Shown in pieces: positions 54,368 through 64,000 of a stretch of 64,000 nt of DNA. The stretch comes from a bacterium. Lineage in GTDB: Bacteria; UBA8248. The translations under genes and the position numbers were made by a program. The notes under the pieces were generated by a model. That model ran no database searches. It was not told where the DNA came from and saw nothing but the letters and a program-made list of their open reading frames with translations. Each line of letters starts with the position of its first letter. Position 1 is the first letter of the stretch. Where the stretch lies: assembly GCA_965221165.1 (NCBI GenBank), contig CBDCRP010000003.1:448001-512000 (forward strand). Reading direction: 5' to 3'.

Positions 54368-56170
54368 CTACTCCTTGCCCACATCCAAAACCGCCATAAA
54401 TGCCTCCTGAGGCACTTCCACCGTCCCTATATTCTTCATGCGTTTCTTGCCTTCCCGCTGCTTCTCCAGTAGTTTTCGTTTTCGCGTGATATCACCACCA
54501 TAGCATTTCGCCGTAACATCTTTTCTCAACGCCCGAATCGTCTCCCGCGCAATCACCCGGTTCCCAACCGCGGCCTGAATGATGACCTCGAACATTTGCT
54601 TTGGGATAATCTCTTTCATCTTTTGTACCAGCGCTCGACCATGATAATAGGCTTTCTCTTTATGAATGATCGTGGAAAATGGATCGATCGGCTGTCCGTT
54701 CAACAAGATATCCAGCTTTACCACTTCCGCCGAACGGAAATCCAGATGTTCATAATCGAAACTCGCGTATCCGCGGGAAACGGATTTTAATTTGTCATAA
54801 AAATCAAAAAGAATCTCGCTAAAGGGTAGTTCATAGACGATTTGCACTGTGTTTGTATCGATATATTCCATGGAGCGCTGTATACCACGCTTCTCCTGCG
54901 TTAATTTTAGAACGGCACCCACATATTCTGAGGGCACAAGAATAGTTCCCAAAATGAAAGGTTCCTCGATTGCCTCAATCCTTGATAGTTCGGGTAATTT
55001 TGCTGGGCTATCGATTTCCTCTACCGTTGCATCACTAAGCAAAACTCGAAAAATCACCGTCGGGGCCGTGATGATAAGCGTGAGATCATATTCGCGTTCG
55101 AGCCTTTCTCGAATGATTTCCATGTGCAGAAGACCCAAGAATCCACATCTAAAACCAAATCCCAAAGCGACCGAAGTCTCTGGCTCGTAGGTAAAAGCCG
55201 AATCGTTTAGCCTGAGCTTCTCAAGTGCAGTCCTTAAATCTTCATATTCGGCGCTGTCCGCCGCATATAAGCCGCTATATACCATCGCTTTCGGCTCTTG
55301 GAAGCCTTTAATGGCCTGACTCGCAGGTTTGTGGGCAAGCGTAACGGTGTCGCCCACCCGGGTATCGCTCACCTCGCGTATCGAAGCCGACAAGATTCCC
55401 ACTTCACCCGGCCCGAGTTCTTTCACTTTCACTTCATGAGGCGTAAATGTGCTTAAGCTTAAAACTTGGTATTCCTTTCCGGTCGCCATGAACCTGATGA
55501 TATCGCCCTTGCGGATGGTTCCCTCGAACATGCGGAACAAAGGAATAGCTCCCTGGTAGGAATCATACCAGGAATCTATCACGAGCCCTTGCGCGGAACC
55601 TTGTGGCTTTCCTCTTGGAGGTGGAACCCGGTCAACGATCGCTTCAAGCAGGGCTTCCACTCCTTCCCCTTGTTTCGCGCTCACCAGAAGGCATTCTTCC
55701 CTATCAATTCCGATGACATCTTCCACTTGCCTCATCACACGTTCAGGGTCCGCCGCCGGCAAGTCGATTTTGTTGATCACCGGGATAATGGCTAAATCCT
55801 GTCCCAACGCCAGATACGCATTCGCCATCGTTTGCGCCTGGATGCCTTGGGTGGCATCGACCAGCAACAAAGCGCCCTCACAAGCTTGCAGGCTTCTGGA
55901 AACTTCATAGCTGAAATCCACATGACCGGGTGTATCTATGAGATTAAATACATACTCGTCTCCCTGGAGCGATTTATACTGTAAACGAACCGTCGCCGCC
56001 TTGATGGTGATGCCCCTTTCCTGCTCCAAGTCCATAGAATCTAAGACCTGAGACGACATTTCACGCTTTGAAAGCGCCCCGGTCATTTCCAGAATGCGAT
56101 CCGCCAGGGTGGATTTTCCATGATCGATGTGCGCGATGATTGAAAAGTTCCTGATTCGCTCGATGTTCAC
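54368..56170 (-). CDS. lepA: Elongation factor 4
   Basis: [48 protein letters not shown]. Confidence 0.97.
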   Translation of the reverse strand: MNIERIRNFSIIAHIDHGKSTLADRILEMTGALSKREMSSQVLDSMDLEQERGITIKAATVRLQYKSLQGDEYVFNLIDTPGHVDFSYEVSRSLQACEGALLLVDATQGIQAQTMANAYLALGQDLAIIPVINKIDLPAADPERVMRQVEDVIGIDREECLLVSAKQGEGVEALLEAIVDRVPPPRGKPQGSAQGLVIDSWYDSYQGAIPLFRMFEGTIRKGDIIRFMATGKEYQVLSLSTFTPHEVKVKELGPGEVGILSASIREVSDTRVGDTVTLAHKPASQAIKGFQEPKAMVYSGLYAADSAEYEDLRTALEKLRLNDSAFTYEPETSVALGFGFRCGFLGLLHMEIIRERLEREYDLTLIITAPTVIFRVLLSDATVEEIDSPAKLPELSRIEAIEEPFILGTILVPSEYVGAVLKLTQEKRGIQRSMEYIDTNTVQIVYELPFSEILFDFYDKLKSVSRGYASFDYEHLDFRSAEVVKLDILLNGQPIDPFSTIIHKEKAYYHGRALVQKMKEIIPKQMFEVIIQAAVGNRVIARETIRALRKDVTAKCYGGDITRKRKLLEKQREGKKRMKNIGTVEVPQEAFMAVLDVGKE

Positions 56171-56388
56171 AGCTAGGAAAAATCTCTCTGGGAAGGGAAA
56201 TGGCGCAAATGCCGGAACTGCGTGATTCTAGCCGAAAATCTCATATCCGCTCTTCGATTCCCGAGCGTATGACAAAAACAATTCTCGATAAACCTGCTGA
56301 ATTCCCTCATTACCGAGCGAACACGCTATATCAAACTTGTCCAACCTTGGTCAAATTGATTGCCTCCGGAAATACACGATGTTAGCAT

Positions 56389-57864
56389 ATGCAAAGCGCG
56401 ATGTTTCAGCCGTTTATGCGTATTTCGGACTCAGCGAACAGGGTACACTCAACCATGTGCTACCGCAGCCGACATATTGGTGCCCACCTCTGTCTATTAT
56501 CCACTTTCTTGTTATTCGCAGCGCCCACCGCGGCCGCAACGGCTCATCCCTTTGGTAGTCACCTCATCATCAATGCGGTCAAGAAACTACAACCTTCCGT
56601 CGTGCATATTCGCGTAAAACCAAGAGGAAACGAGGGAAATCCGTTGCTTAACCTCTTCGGCAGAGGCCGCCGAAAGGATAATCCCCCCAAATTTGACCAG
56701 GGCGACGCGCCCTTCAGCGGCCACTACAACGTGGGCGCCGGAATTATTGTCTCAAAAGAAGGCCATATCCTGACGAACCACCACGTCATCAAGAATGCGC
56801 AAGAAATTATGGTCAAACTTCATCGAGGAGAGGAGTTCTCGGCCCGCCTGTTGGGTGTGGATAATAAAACCGACCTTGCGCTACTCAAAATAGAATCGCC
56901 CAAAAAACTCCAGGCGGCGCCTCTCGGCGATTCCGATAAAATTGATGTCGGCCAGTGGGTCTTGGCGATTGGCAGCCCTTTCGGCTTGGCGAATTCCGTA
57001 TCCGTAGGAATCATCAGCGCCAAGGGCCGGGACTTGAAAGAAGGCCCCTTCGATGAATATCTCCAAACCGACGCTTCGATAAACCCGGGCAACTCTGGCG
57101 GACCGCTCGCCAATACGGAAGGGATCGTCATCGGGATAAACACGGCGATATTCTCCAGCGGATCGCGCGCCTGGAGTTTAGGCATCGGTTTCGCCATTCC
57201 GATAAACCAGGCCAAAGCCGTTATCGATTCCCTTCGCCACAAAGGCTATCCCGTGCGAGGCCGGCTGGGTGTGTCTATAGCCGCAGTCCCCCGGCAAGAG
57301 GGGAAAAACCTGGGTCTTACCCGATTCGAGGGAGCCAAGCTCACCGAAGTCACACGCGGCGGCCCTGCCTATCGCGCCGGCCTGCGCAGAGGAGACGTGG
57401 TCGTTGAATTTGACGGAAAATCGATCAGTACATGGCAGAGCCTTCCCCGTATAGTAGCCCGCACGAAACCGGATTCCCTCGTGTTGGTAAAATATTACCG
57501 GGAAAAGCGTCTCGAGAGCGCCTATATACGCATAGGAAGCCGCTCGGAGGCGCTCCATTCGCAAAAGACGACCCTACATCCGCTCATGGGCATGAAGGTA
57601 GAGGCGCTTACCCCGCATCTCGCTCAGCGCTTCGGGTTGCCCTATGAGGAAAACAAACTGGTGGTCTCCTCGATTCTGCGGGGCGGCGTTGCCGAGCGGA
57701 GCGGAATCAGGCCGGGCGACGGCATCGAGGAGGTAAACCACCAGCCCGTGAAATCAATCGAGGAATTTCGCTCGGCAATCGACAAGTCCCGCCTCGAGGG
57801 CTCCGCCCTCCTCCTTTTGAAGAGAAAAGAAACAAACCTCTTCGTCGCCCTTCGCATCAAGTAA
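56389..57864 (+). CDS. degP: Do/DegP-like serine endoprotease with two PDZ domains
   Basis: TNHHV, DLAL, QTDASINPGNSGG catalytic triad; two PDZ domains; start uncertain. Confidence 0.9.
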   Translation: MQSAMFQPFMRISDSANRVHSTMCYRSRHIGAHLCLLSTFLLFAAPTAAATAHPFGSHLIINAVKKLQPSVVHIRVKPRGNEGNPLLNLFGRGRRKDNPPKFDQGDAPFSGHYNVGAGIIVSKEGHILTNHHVIKNAQEIMVKLHRGEEFSARLLGVDNKTDLALLKIESPKKLQAAPLGDSDKIDVGQWVLAIGSPFGLANSVSVGIISAKGRDLKEGPFDEYLQTDASINPGNSGGPLANTEGIVIGINTAIFSSGSRAWSLGIGFAIPINQAKAVIDSLRHKGYPVRGRLGVSIAAVPRQEGKNLGLTRFEGAKLTEVTRGGPAYRAGLRRGDVVVEFDGKSISTWQSLPRIVARTKPDSLVLVKYYREKRLESAYIRIGSRSEALHSQKTTLHPLMGMKVEALTPHLAQRFGLPYEENKLVVSSILRGGVAERSGIRPGDGIEEVNHQPVKSIEEFRSAIDKSRLEGSALLLLKRKETNLFVALRIK

Positions 57865-57871
57865 TATATCC

Positions 57872-58208
57872 CGTTCCTGAACTCCCTCGATACATATCAT
57901 GCTTCTCCCTAAGGTGTGACTTTTCCGTTCGCCTCCCGTGAATTCCCGCACGGAACTTGGTGGTTTTCGTGAAAACGGCCGAAAAAACGCTACGGCCCGC
58001 ACACCCCCCCCCTTAGCCCCGCCGGAGCGAAAAATCCATATAACGCCTTATTTATCAGCTATATAAATTTGCAGATATTTTCGCCTTTTTTCCCTGTTTT
58101 TCCCCTATTTTCACTTTTTTTCATTTATCCGGGGCGAATCGCCCGCCGGGCGGCATCTTGCCACACGCCCGGCCCCACGCCACTGCGCCAAATGCGGGCA
58201 GGCGCGCA
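57872..58208 (-). repeat. Dispersed ~300-bp A-tract/G9 element, copy B
   Basis: Reverse complement is collinear with 16571-16876, with an insertion of about 40 bp at roughly 57927-57965. Confidence 0.8.
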
Positions 58209-58256
58209 CCCCGGTTTTTGCTATCAAACCCGACCGATGAAGGGTTTGCGTCTTTT

Positions 58257-58460
58257 GTAGGGGCCGCCCCTCCTCGGGGCTGCCCCACCGTTCGCGAACC
58301 GCCCACACATATATGCGTCCCGCGCCCTGTCGCCCCCAATACATGGGCCGCATGTATGCGTGGGACGGCCCTGGGGAGGGGTTCCGTCCCCTACAGGTCA
58401 TTCGCGACCGAGGAGGAAGGGTTTGTGACTTTCGTAGGGGCGGACCTATGTGTCCGCCCG
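58257..58460. repeat. GTAG-type REP/REPIN-like cluster
   Basis: GTAGGGG...CCCCTAC pair (58257-58394) and GTAGGGGCGGACCTATGTGTCCGCCC (from 58434); modules shared with 16255-16500. Confidence 0.75.
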
Positions 58461-58599
58461 CCTTTTTTCTGTGATTCTCATTTCCGAGCGAAGAAATAGA
58501 GACGTCATTCCGGTGTCAAACCCGACCGAGGAGGGAGAACAAACCCGACCGATGAGGGGTTGTTGAAAAACCCCTCCCCGCTAAGAATTGACCACTGCC

Positions 58600-58763
58600 G
58601 TCATTCCGGTGTCAGTCCCGACTGAGGAAGGAGGGGCTGCGGAATCCAGTGCCGAGCGGAATGGCAATACTCCGGCTTTTCATCTCCTCGTCATTGGCGG
58701 GAATCAATCAGAAAATAAAAAACAAAGGCAAAACACATGGATTCCGGCATGCGCCGGAATGAC
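58600..58763. repeat. GTCATTCCG..GGAATCCA / TGGATTCCG..CGGAATGAC palindromic repeat
   Basis: Left half at 58600-58648, right half TGGATTCCGGCATGCGCCGGAATGAC at 58738-58763; partial copies at about 16203 and 58504. Confidence 0.7.
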
Positions 58764-58788
58764 GAACAAAGGCAAGAAGCAATCTCTC

Positions 58789-58925
58789 CCTCATCCCGAG
58801 TAGGCGCGCTCGCGCGCCGTATCGAGGGTTTGACCCTACCGAGGAGGGAGGGTCAAACGGGGCCCTTCGATACAAACGCTCCTTTCTCAGTCGCGTTTGA
58901 CCTTCGGCGGCTACTCAGGGTGAGG
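58789..58925. repeat. CCTCATCCCGAGTAG..TCGAGGG / CCCTTCGA..CTACTCAGGGTGAGG palindromic repeat
   Basis: Inverted arms with two GA-capped hairpins inserted. Confidence 0.7.
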
Positions 58926-59092
58926 TCGATACCGCGGCATGCAAGACGAGGGTTTGACGCGACCGATGAGGTCAGTTCCGACTGAGAAAGGAGGAACTGC
59001 ATTTGCGCTCGCTCCCAGGACCGGGTTTTTCAACAACCCCGAGGAGCGAGGGTTTGCCGACCAATGCGGCATGAATTCCGGGTCCCTGCTAT

Positions 59093-60235
59093 TCACGACC
59101 CCAGCCATCGCTCATGTTGCTGCAAAGCGTAGCGGTCCGTCATCCCGGCGACATAATCGCAGACCATCCGGTGCAGCCCGTCTATTTGCTCCATTTTGCG
59201 TACGTGTTCCGGGATTTTATGGGGATCGGCGATATACAAATGAAACAACCCGCTCAATGATTTCCGGGCGCTTTTCTCCAGGCTCACGACGCGCTCGTTC
59301 TTGTACATCCGCTCCATCAGGAAACGCTTGAGTTCGGTGTTTCTCTCATTCATCCCTTCACCGAAAACAACCACGTCGTGTCCACCTTCCCTGACGTCCG
59401 AAATGTTTTTCAGCTTGCGGCTCTCGATGCGCTCACATGCGGAGGTGATGATGTCCTGAACCTGCGAGTTGATAATTCGCCGAATCGTGTCGTGTTTGCT
59501 CTCTCGCGAGGAAGAGGCGGGAAAAGATCTTTTTGAGCTTTCATAGTGTTCACGCCAAAGGCGCGTATCCTGCAAGTCTTCAAAGTCGAACAGCCGGGAC
59601 GACAGCCCATCGTCCAAATCATGGTTGTTGTAGGCAATCTCATCCGCCACATCGACCACCTGCGCTTCGAGGCTGGGGGAGATCCTGTTCGTCAGACCCG
59701 AAGGCATCGGGCCCTCGTAGCGATGGAGATATTTTATGATTCCCTCGCGGGTCTCCCACGTCAGGTTCAAACCCGGGAACGAGGGGTAGCGCTTCTCCAA
59801 AACCTCGACTATGCGCAAGGCCTGCAAATTATGCTCGAACCCCCCATGCCCTTCCATGAGCTCATCCAGAACCTTCTCTCCGGCATGCCCGAAAGGGGGA
59901 TGCCCCAAATCGTGCGCCAGGGCAACGGCCTCGGCGAGTTCTTCATTCAGGCCGAGAGCGCGCGCGATGGAACGGGCGATCTGGCTCACCTCTATGGTGT
60001 GCGTCAAGCGCGTCCGGTAATGATCCCCCTCATGATTCACAAAAACCTGGGTCTTGTATTCAAGCCTCCTGAACGCCTGCGTGTGGATGATCCGGTCGCG
60101 GTCGCGCTGAAAGGCCGTCCGCATGTCGTGCTCGGGCTCCGGATGCTTCCGCCCGAGAGAATCGGCGCTATGGGCGGCATAAGGCGCCAGCAAGGCCTTT
60201 TCCCGCTCCTCGATGGAAACCCGCGTGTTGTTCAT
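59093..60235 (-). CDS. dgt: Deoxyguanosinetriphosphate triphosphohydrolase (HD domain)
   Basis: FQRDRDRIIH..AFRRL.YKTQVF, RTRLTH, AHDLGHPPFGHAGE, DEIAY..HD.DD, DYVAGMTD; ATG at 60235. Confidence 0.94.
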   Translation of the reverse strand: MNNTRVSIEEREKALLAPYAAHSADSLGRKHPEPEHDMRTAFQRDRDRIIHTQAFRRLEYKTQVFVNHEGDHYRTRLTHTIEVSQIARSIARALGLNEELAEAVALAHDLGHPPFGHAGEKVLDELMEGHGGFEHNLQALRIVEVLEKRYPSFPGLNLTWETREGIIKYLHRYEGPMPSGLTNRISPSLEAQVVDVADEIAYNNHDLDDGLSSRLFDFEDLQDTRLWREHYESSKRSFPASSSRESKHDTIRRIINSQVQDIITSACERIESRKLKNISDVREGGHDVVVFGEGMNERNTELKRFLMERMYKNERVVSLEKSARKSLSGLFHLYIADPHKIPEHVRKMEQIDGLHRMVCDYVAGMTDRYALQQHERWLGS

Positions 60236-60257
60236 ATATTCACCTGACCCTCGAGAA

Positions 60258-61193
60258 TTATTCCGTTTCACTCGCAGACGGGACGCCCGCGCGCCATGCG
60301 GCGAACAGGTAGGTCGTCGCCAGAGAAGCCCACGGATGCCACCCGTCCGCCCGTCTGCGCGCAGTCTCCTCATCCACGCGCTCTTTCCCGAAACAATATC
60401 GCGCCACGACCTTCTGCACTCCCAAATCACCGCCGGGAAACACTTCCACGCGGCCGAGTGCGCGAAACAGCATTTGCTCGGCCGTCCAGCGGCCCACGCC
60501 CCGTATCTCGGTCAGGCGCGCCACCGCCTCATCGATGGGGAGAACACGCAGTTCGCTCTCGTTCAATCGGCCCTTCAGAGCGGCGCGCGCCACACCAATC
60601 ACATATTCCGCTTTTCGCTCCGAGAACTGCATCGCGCGAAAGGTGGATACGCGCGCCCCGGCCAGGCGCTCCGGGTGCGGGAAAGCGTAATGCGTCTGCC
60701 CGTCGATGCGCAATTTTCTCCCCCACCGCTTCACCATGCGCCCCCGAATGGCGCCGGCGAACGTCAAATTCACCTGCTGCGCAGTAATAGCCGTAACAAG
60801 GGCCTCGAATACGCTCATGTACCGCACCGGCTTGAGGCCTCTGAATTTTTTCACCACCGGAGCCAGATCCGCGTCGCCCCTCGCCATCCTGTAAAATGGC
60901 CTCAAATCGAGGTCAAAGGCCAAAACGTGTTTCATGGCGTCTGTGCCCGCACTTTGGGCTGATTTCGTCATCCGCCCTTCCGTGGCTATCCGGAGGCGAA
61001 CCGCGCCCCGGCCCTCGCCTTCGTTTTCAGCTTCCAGGAAAACCAGATTGCCGTTCGCATCCTCCACGACCCTGCGGTACACCCCGTCCGCGTAGGAGTT
61101 GACGAACTCCTCATTGGAGACGCGAAAACGCAATAAACTCTCATGAAACAAAAAAGGTTCGGGCGGATGCAGGATTTTCGTCATGGACCCCAT
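60258..61193 (-). CDS. alkA: DNA-3-methyladenine glycosylase II (AlkA, HhH-GPD)
   Basis: FEALV.AI..QQV, FP.PE.LA, IRGVGRWTAE, FPGGDLG, W.PW.S.A. Confidence 0.88.
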   Translation of the reverse strand: MGSMTKILHPPEPFLFHESLLRFRVSNEEFVNSYADGVYRRVVEDANGNLVFLEAENEGEGRGAVRLRIATEGRMTKSAQSAGTDAMKHVLAFDLDLRPFYRMARGDADLAPVVKKFRGLKPVRYMSVFEALVTAITAQQVNLTFAGAIRGRMVKRWGRKLRIDGQTHYAFPHPERLAGARVSTFRAMQFSERKAEYVIGVARAALKGRLNESELRVLPIDEAVARLTEIRGVGRWTAEQMLFRALGRVEVFPGGDLGVQKVVARYCFGKERVDEETARRRADGWHPWASLATTYLFAAWRAGVPSASETE

Positions 61194-61195
61194 GA

Positions 61196-61972
61196 TTACT
61201 CCACCATCCGCCTGCTCACCAGAAAACAGGCGACGACCAGGAATAGAAGCGTAAAACCGAGCAGAAAAGAAAAATGCCAGATGAAATTCTCGACATGTCC
61301 GTAAATAAACAAGCCGCGCGAGATTCTCACCGCATGGGTAAGCGGGAGAGCGTCGGATAAGCGTTCCACCCACACCGGGAGCCCCTTGATGGGAAACAAG
61401 GTGCCCGCAAAGAAAAACATGGGCATGACGATGGCGGAGAAATAAAAATTGAAAAACGAAAAACTATGGGCCAGTGACGTCGCAATGAGCCCCAGGGCCG
61501 CGAACATCACCGCCTCGATAAACAGAACCGGAAGTATCGCCAGCGCCCACCATGAGCCGACCAGACCGAACAAACTCAAAATGACCAGCATCAACGTCGA
61601 GCCAATCAGCGCGCGGCTGGCGCACCAGAGAAGATCGCCCAGCACGATATCTCCCACCGTGAGCGGGGCCATCAGCATGGACTCATAGATATTCTGAATT
61701 CTCATTCTTGAATAAGCCCCGTATGTGGACTCATAGGTGGCGTTCCACATCGCGACGGAAACCATCAAGCCGGGACCGATGAACTGCGCATACGAGATGC
61801 CGTCCAGACTCGGCACCAGCCGGCCCAGGCCGTAGCCAAACGCCACCAGCCACAAAATGTGCTCTCCCAGGTTGCCCGCCCATTCCGCCAGGTAAAAAGA
61901 GCGGTAGTACACCAGATGGCGAACCCAGACGCGAAAGGCGCGATGACTCGGAGCTTGTGGGAGGAACATCAA
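61196..61972 (-). CDS. ABC-2 type exporter permease (NodJ-like)
   Basis: Six hydrophobic segments, Y..FI.PGL, PM.FF.GT.FP, PLTH.V. Confidence 0.88.
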   Translation of the reverse strand: MMFLPQAPSHRAFRVWVRHLVYYRSFYLAEWAGNLGEHILWLVAFGYGLGRLVPSLDGISYAQFIGPGLMVSVAMWNATYESTYGAYSRMRIQNIYESMLMAPLTVGDIVLGDLLWCASRALIGSTLMLVILSLFGLVGSWWALAILPVLFIEAVMFAALGLIATSLAHSFSFFNFYFSAIVMPMFFFAGTLFPIKGLPVWVERLSDALPLTHAVRISRGLFIYGHVENFIWHFSFLLGFTLLFLVVACFLVSRRMVE

Positions 61973-62898
61973 TCTCTAAGCTCCCGGCCCGTGAGCCTCA
62001 GAAACAAATCCTCCAGGGTGGCCGGCCGCCTCAGAAAATCCTTCCGCCCGCAAGAAATCAAATGCTCCATCACCCGCATCCCGTTGTCGCTGTACAGGTA
62101 CAATATATCGGCAACGACCTCGGCGGTTACGGGGAGGCCCTCTAATGAGCCGAGCAATTCTTCCGAGGCGCCTCCCCTGAGCTCGTATACCTCATCGCCC
62201 ACTTTTTCCTGAACCAGGGCTTGTGGTTCGCCTTCCACGAGAAATTTCCCCGTATCCATAATCCCGATGCGGTCGCACATCTGGGCCGCCTCCTCCATGT
62301 AATGCGTAGTGAGAAGGATGGTCAGGCCCTGCGCCTTGAGTTCCCGGAGCCTCTGCCAGACGAGGTGCCTCGCCTGCGGATCCAGGCCGGTGGTGGGTTC
62401 ATCCAGAATCAGGAACTTCGGCTCGTGAATCAGGGCGCGCGCGATGTGGAGGCGCCGCTTCATTCCGCCGGAGAGGGTCTTGATTTGTGAATTCCATTTT
62501 TCGCGGAGTTGCATGAAATCGAGCAGGTGCTCGATGCGGGATAACGACGCCTTCCTGGAGATGCTGAAAAACCCGGCATAGACCCAAAGATTTTCATATA
62601 CCGTCAGATCGCGGTCCAGGGTGTCTTCTTGCGATACGATGCCCATCTGCGCGCGAATGAGCCGGCTCTGGGTGATTACGTCTCTCCCCAGCACCCTCAG
62701 ACTGCCCGCATCGGGATGAACGGCCCCATGCAGCATCTTGATTGTCGTGGTTTTGCCGGCTCCGTTCGGGCCCAGAATCCCGAAACACTCCCCGGACTTC
62801 ACCTGAAGCGAGACGCCGTCGACGGCCTTGAGGGTTCCGAAGGATTTTTCGATGCCTTGAGCGTCTATCACGAATCCAGACAACGAAAACTCCATCAA
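61969..62898 (-). CDS. ABC exporter ATP-binding protein (NodI-like)
   Basis: [40 protein letters not shown]. Confidence 0.92.
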   Translation of the reverse strand: MMEFSLSGFVIDAQGIEKSFGTLKAVDGVSLQVKSGECFGILGPNGAGKTTTIKMLHGAVHPDAGSLRVLGRDVITQSRLIRAQMGIVSQEDTLDRDLTVYENLWVYAGFFSISRKASLSRIEHLLDFMQLREKWNSQIKTLSGGMKRRLHIARALIHEPKFLILDEPTTGLDPQARHLVWQRLRELKAQGLTILLTTHYMEEAAQMCDRIGIMDTGKFLVEGEPQALVQEKVGDEVYELRGGASEELLGSLEGLPVTAEVVADILYLYSDNGMRVMEHLISCGRKDFLRRPATLEDLFLRLTGRELRD

Positions 62899-62909
62899 TA
62901 TGACTGGGC

Positions 62910-63998
62910 CTACAAACCGCGAAGGCGCTCCGCCTCCGCCACTCTTTGCACCGCAATGATAAAGGCCGCCGTGCGCAAGGACACGTTTTTCCCCCTTGCC
63001 AGTTCATACACCTCCGTAGTGGCGCGCGCCATGATTTTCCCCAGCTCGCGATTCACCCGCTCCTCATCCCAGCCGAATTGCTGGATGTTCTGCACCCACT
63101 CGAAATAGGAGACCGTCACGCCGCCCGAGCTCGCCAGTACGTCGGGGATCAGCATGACGTTGCCGCCATCGGCCAGAATGTTCTCTCCCCCTTGGGTTAC
63201 GGGAGCGTTGGCCGCTTCCAGAATAATCCGGGCTTTTACGTTTGCCGCATTACCGGCATGAATGGCCCCGCCGAGAGCCGCCGGGAGCAAGACGTCCACG
63301 TCGAGCGCCAAAAGCTCTTCATTGGTGATCGCCTCGACTCCGCCGAGCCCCTCCAGCTCACCCGTCTCCTTGCGGTGCGCCACGGCCGCTTCGATGTCGA
63401 CCCCATCGCCATTGAAATGAGCGCCCCTGCTGTCCGAAATCGCCACCACCTTCACTCCGAGGTCCTTCATGAATCCGGCGGCGAAAGAGCCGACGTTCCC
63501 GAAACCCTGTATCGCCGCCGTCATGGATGCGGGGTCCCAGCCTTCCCTTTTGGCTATCTCTTCATACACCATCACGGCGCCGCGCCCCGTAGCGGCCTCC
63601 CTCCCCGGGGAGCCGCCCATGGCCAGAGGTTTTCCCGTAACACAGGCCGGCGTATACCCGTGCCGGCTGCTGTATTCATCAAAAATCCACGCCATCACCT
63701 GCGCGTTCGTGTTCACGTCGGGGGCGGGAATATCGCGGTATGGCCCCAGAATGTGGTCGATGCGCGCGATGAATTTTCTGGTCAGCCGCTCCAGCTCATA
63801 CACGCTGAGCTCTCTCACGTTGACGCTGATGCCGCCCTTCCCGCCGCCAAAGGGAATATCGACCAAAGCCGTCTTCCAGGCCATCAAGGCCGAGAGTCCG
63901 CGCACCTCGTCCATATCCACTTCGTGGTGGTAGCGGATTCCTCCCTTGAAAGGGCCTCGGGAGCCGTTGAACTGAATGCGGTAGCCTTGCCAAACGCC
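62910..63998 (-). CDS. gdhA: Glu/Leu/Phe/Val dehydrogenase (glutamate dehydrogenase), 5'-truncated by the window edge
   Basis: GPFKGGIRYH, PFGGGKGG, DIPAPDV, TGKP..GGS.GR..ATG.G, QGFGNVG, SYFEWVQN. Confidence 0.93.
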   Translation of the reverse strand, partial: GVWQGYRIQFNGSRGPFKGGIRYHHEVDMDEVRGLSALMAWKTALVDIPFGGGKGGISVNVRELSVYELERLTRKFIARIDHILGPYRDIPAPDVNTNAQVMAWIFDEYSSRHGYTPACVTGKPLAMGGSPGREAATGRGAVMVYEEIAKREGWDPASMTAAIQGFGNVGSFAAGFMKDLGVKVVAISDSRGAHFNGDGVDIEAAVAHRKETGELEGLGGVEAITNEELLALDVDVLLPAALGGAIHAGNAANVKARIILEAANAPVTQGGENILADGGNVMLIPDVLASSGGVTVSYFEWVQNIQQFGWDEERVNRELGKIMARATTEVYELARGKNVSLRTAAFIIAVQRVAEAERLRGL

Positions 63999-64000
63999 CA

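Larger units (their letters stand above)
58556..59040. mobile_element. Non-autonomous TIR element, copy 3, carrying nested palindromic repeats
   Basis: Perfect 18-bp TIR GGGGTTGTTGAAAAACCC / GGGTTTTTCAACAACCCC; no transposase ORF. Confidence 0.78.

Noticed and set aside
58225-59060. CsrB/RsmZ-like sRNA, because of repeated GGA-containing loops
   Set aside because: Hairpins occur on both strands, are scattered across distant loci and are nested in other repeats, and I see no promoter-terminator frame. Not fully excluded.
58200-59090. CRISPR array
   Set aside because: No identical direct repeats at regular spacing and no cas genes.
61196-62898. Nodulation factor export system
   Set aside because: NodIJ-like ABC-2 pairs are widespread, and there is no nodABC nearby.

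Overview
A gene-dense, mostly housekeeping stretch of a high-GC Gram-negative bacterial chromosome. The gene order looks like Deltaproteobacteria or Nitrospinota, but that is an inference. The + strand carries a UDP-glucuronate decarboxylase-like gene, gmhA, an MBL hydrolase, purBCSQLF, a LysM lytic transglycosylase, bamD, a sigma-70 factor, pgsA and plsY. A long - strand run holds the TCA cluster (icd, mdh, two-subunit fumarase, sucCD, ndk), uvrA, truA, trpEGDC with a Trp attenuator, pheA-hisC-tyrA-cmk-rpsA-ihfB-miaA-aroK-aroC, nadX, a frameshifted ilvE and tRNA-Leu(CAA). The end of the window has rsmA, lepAB, degP, dgt, alkA, a NodIJ-like ABC pair and a partial gdhA. I found no phage, integrase, transposase or CRISPR array. 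The unexplained signal lies in four intergenic regions (about 16.0-16.9, 32.5-32.8, 36.6-37.0 and 57.9-59.1 kb) packed with nested non-coding repeats. These comprise (i) a ~27-bp hairpin family with covarying stems and a conserved tandem-GA/pentaloop cap, (ii) three transposase-less elements that share GGGGTTGTTGAAAAA-type terminal inverted repeats but have unrelated interiors, (iii) several REP-like palindrome families, and (iv) two diverged copies of a ~300-bp A-tract/G9 element, each abutting the 3' end of a gene in the same relative orientation. All alignments were done by eye.
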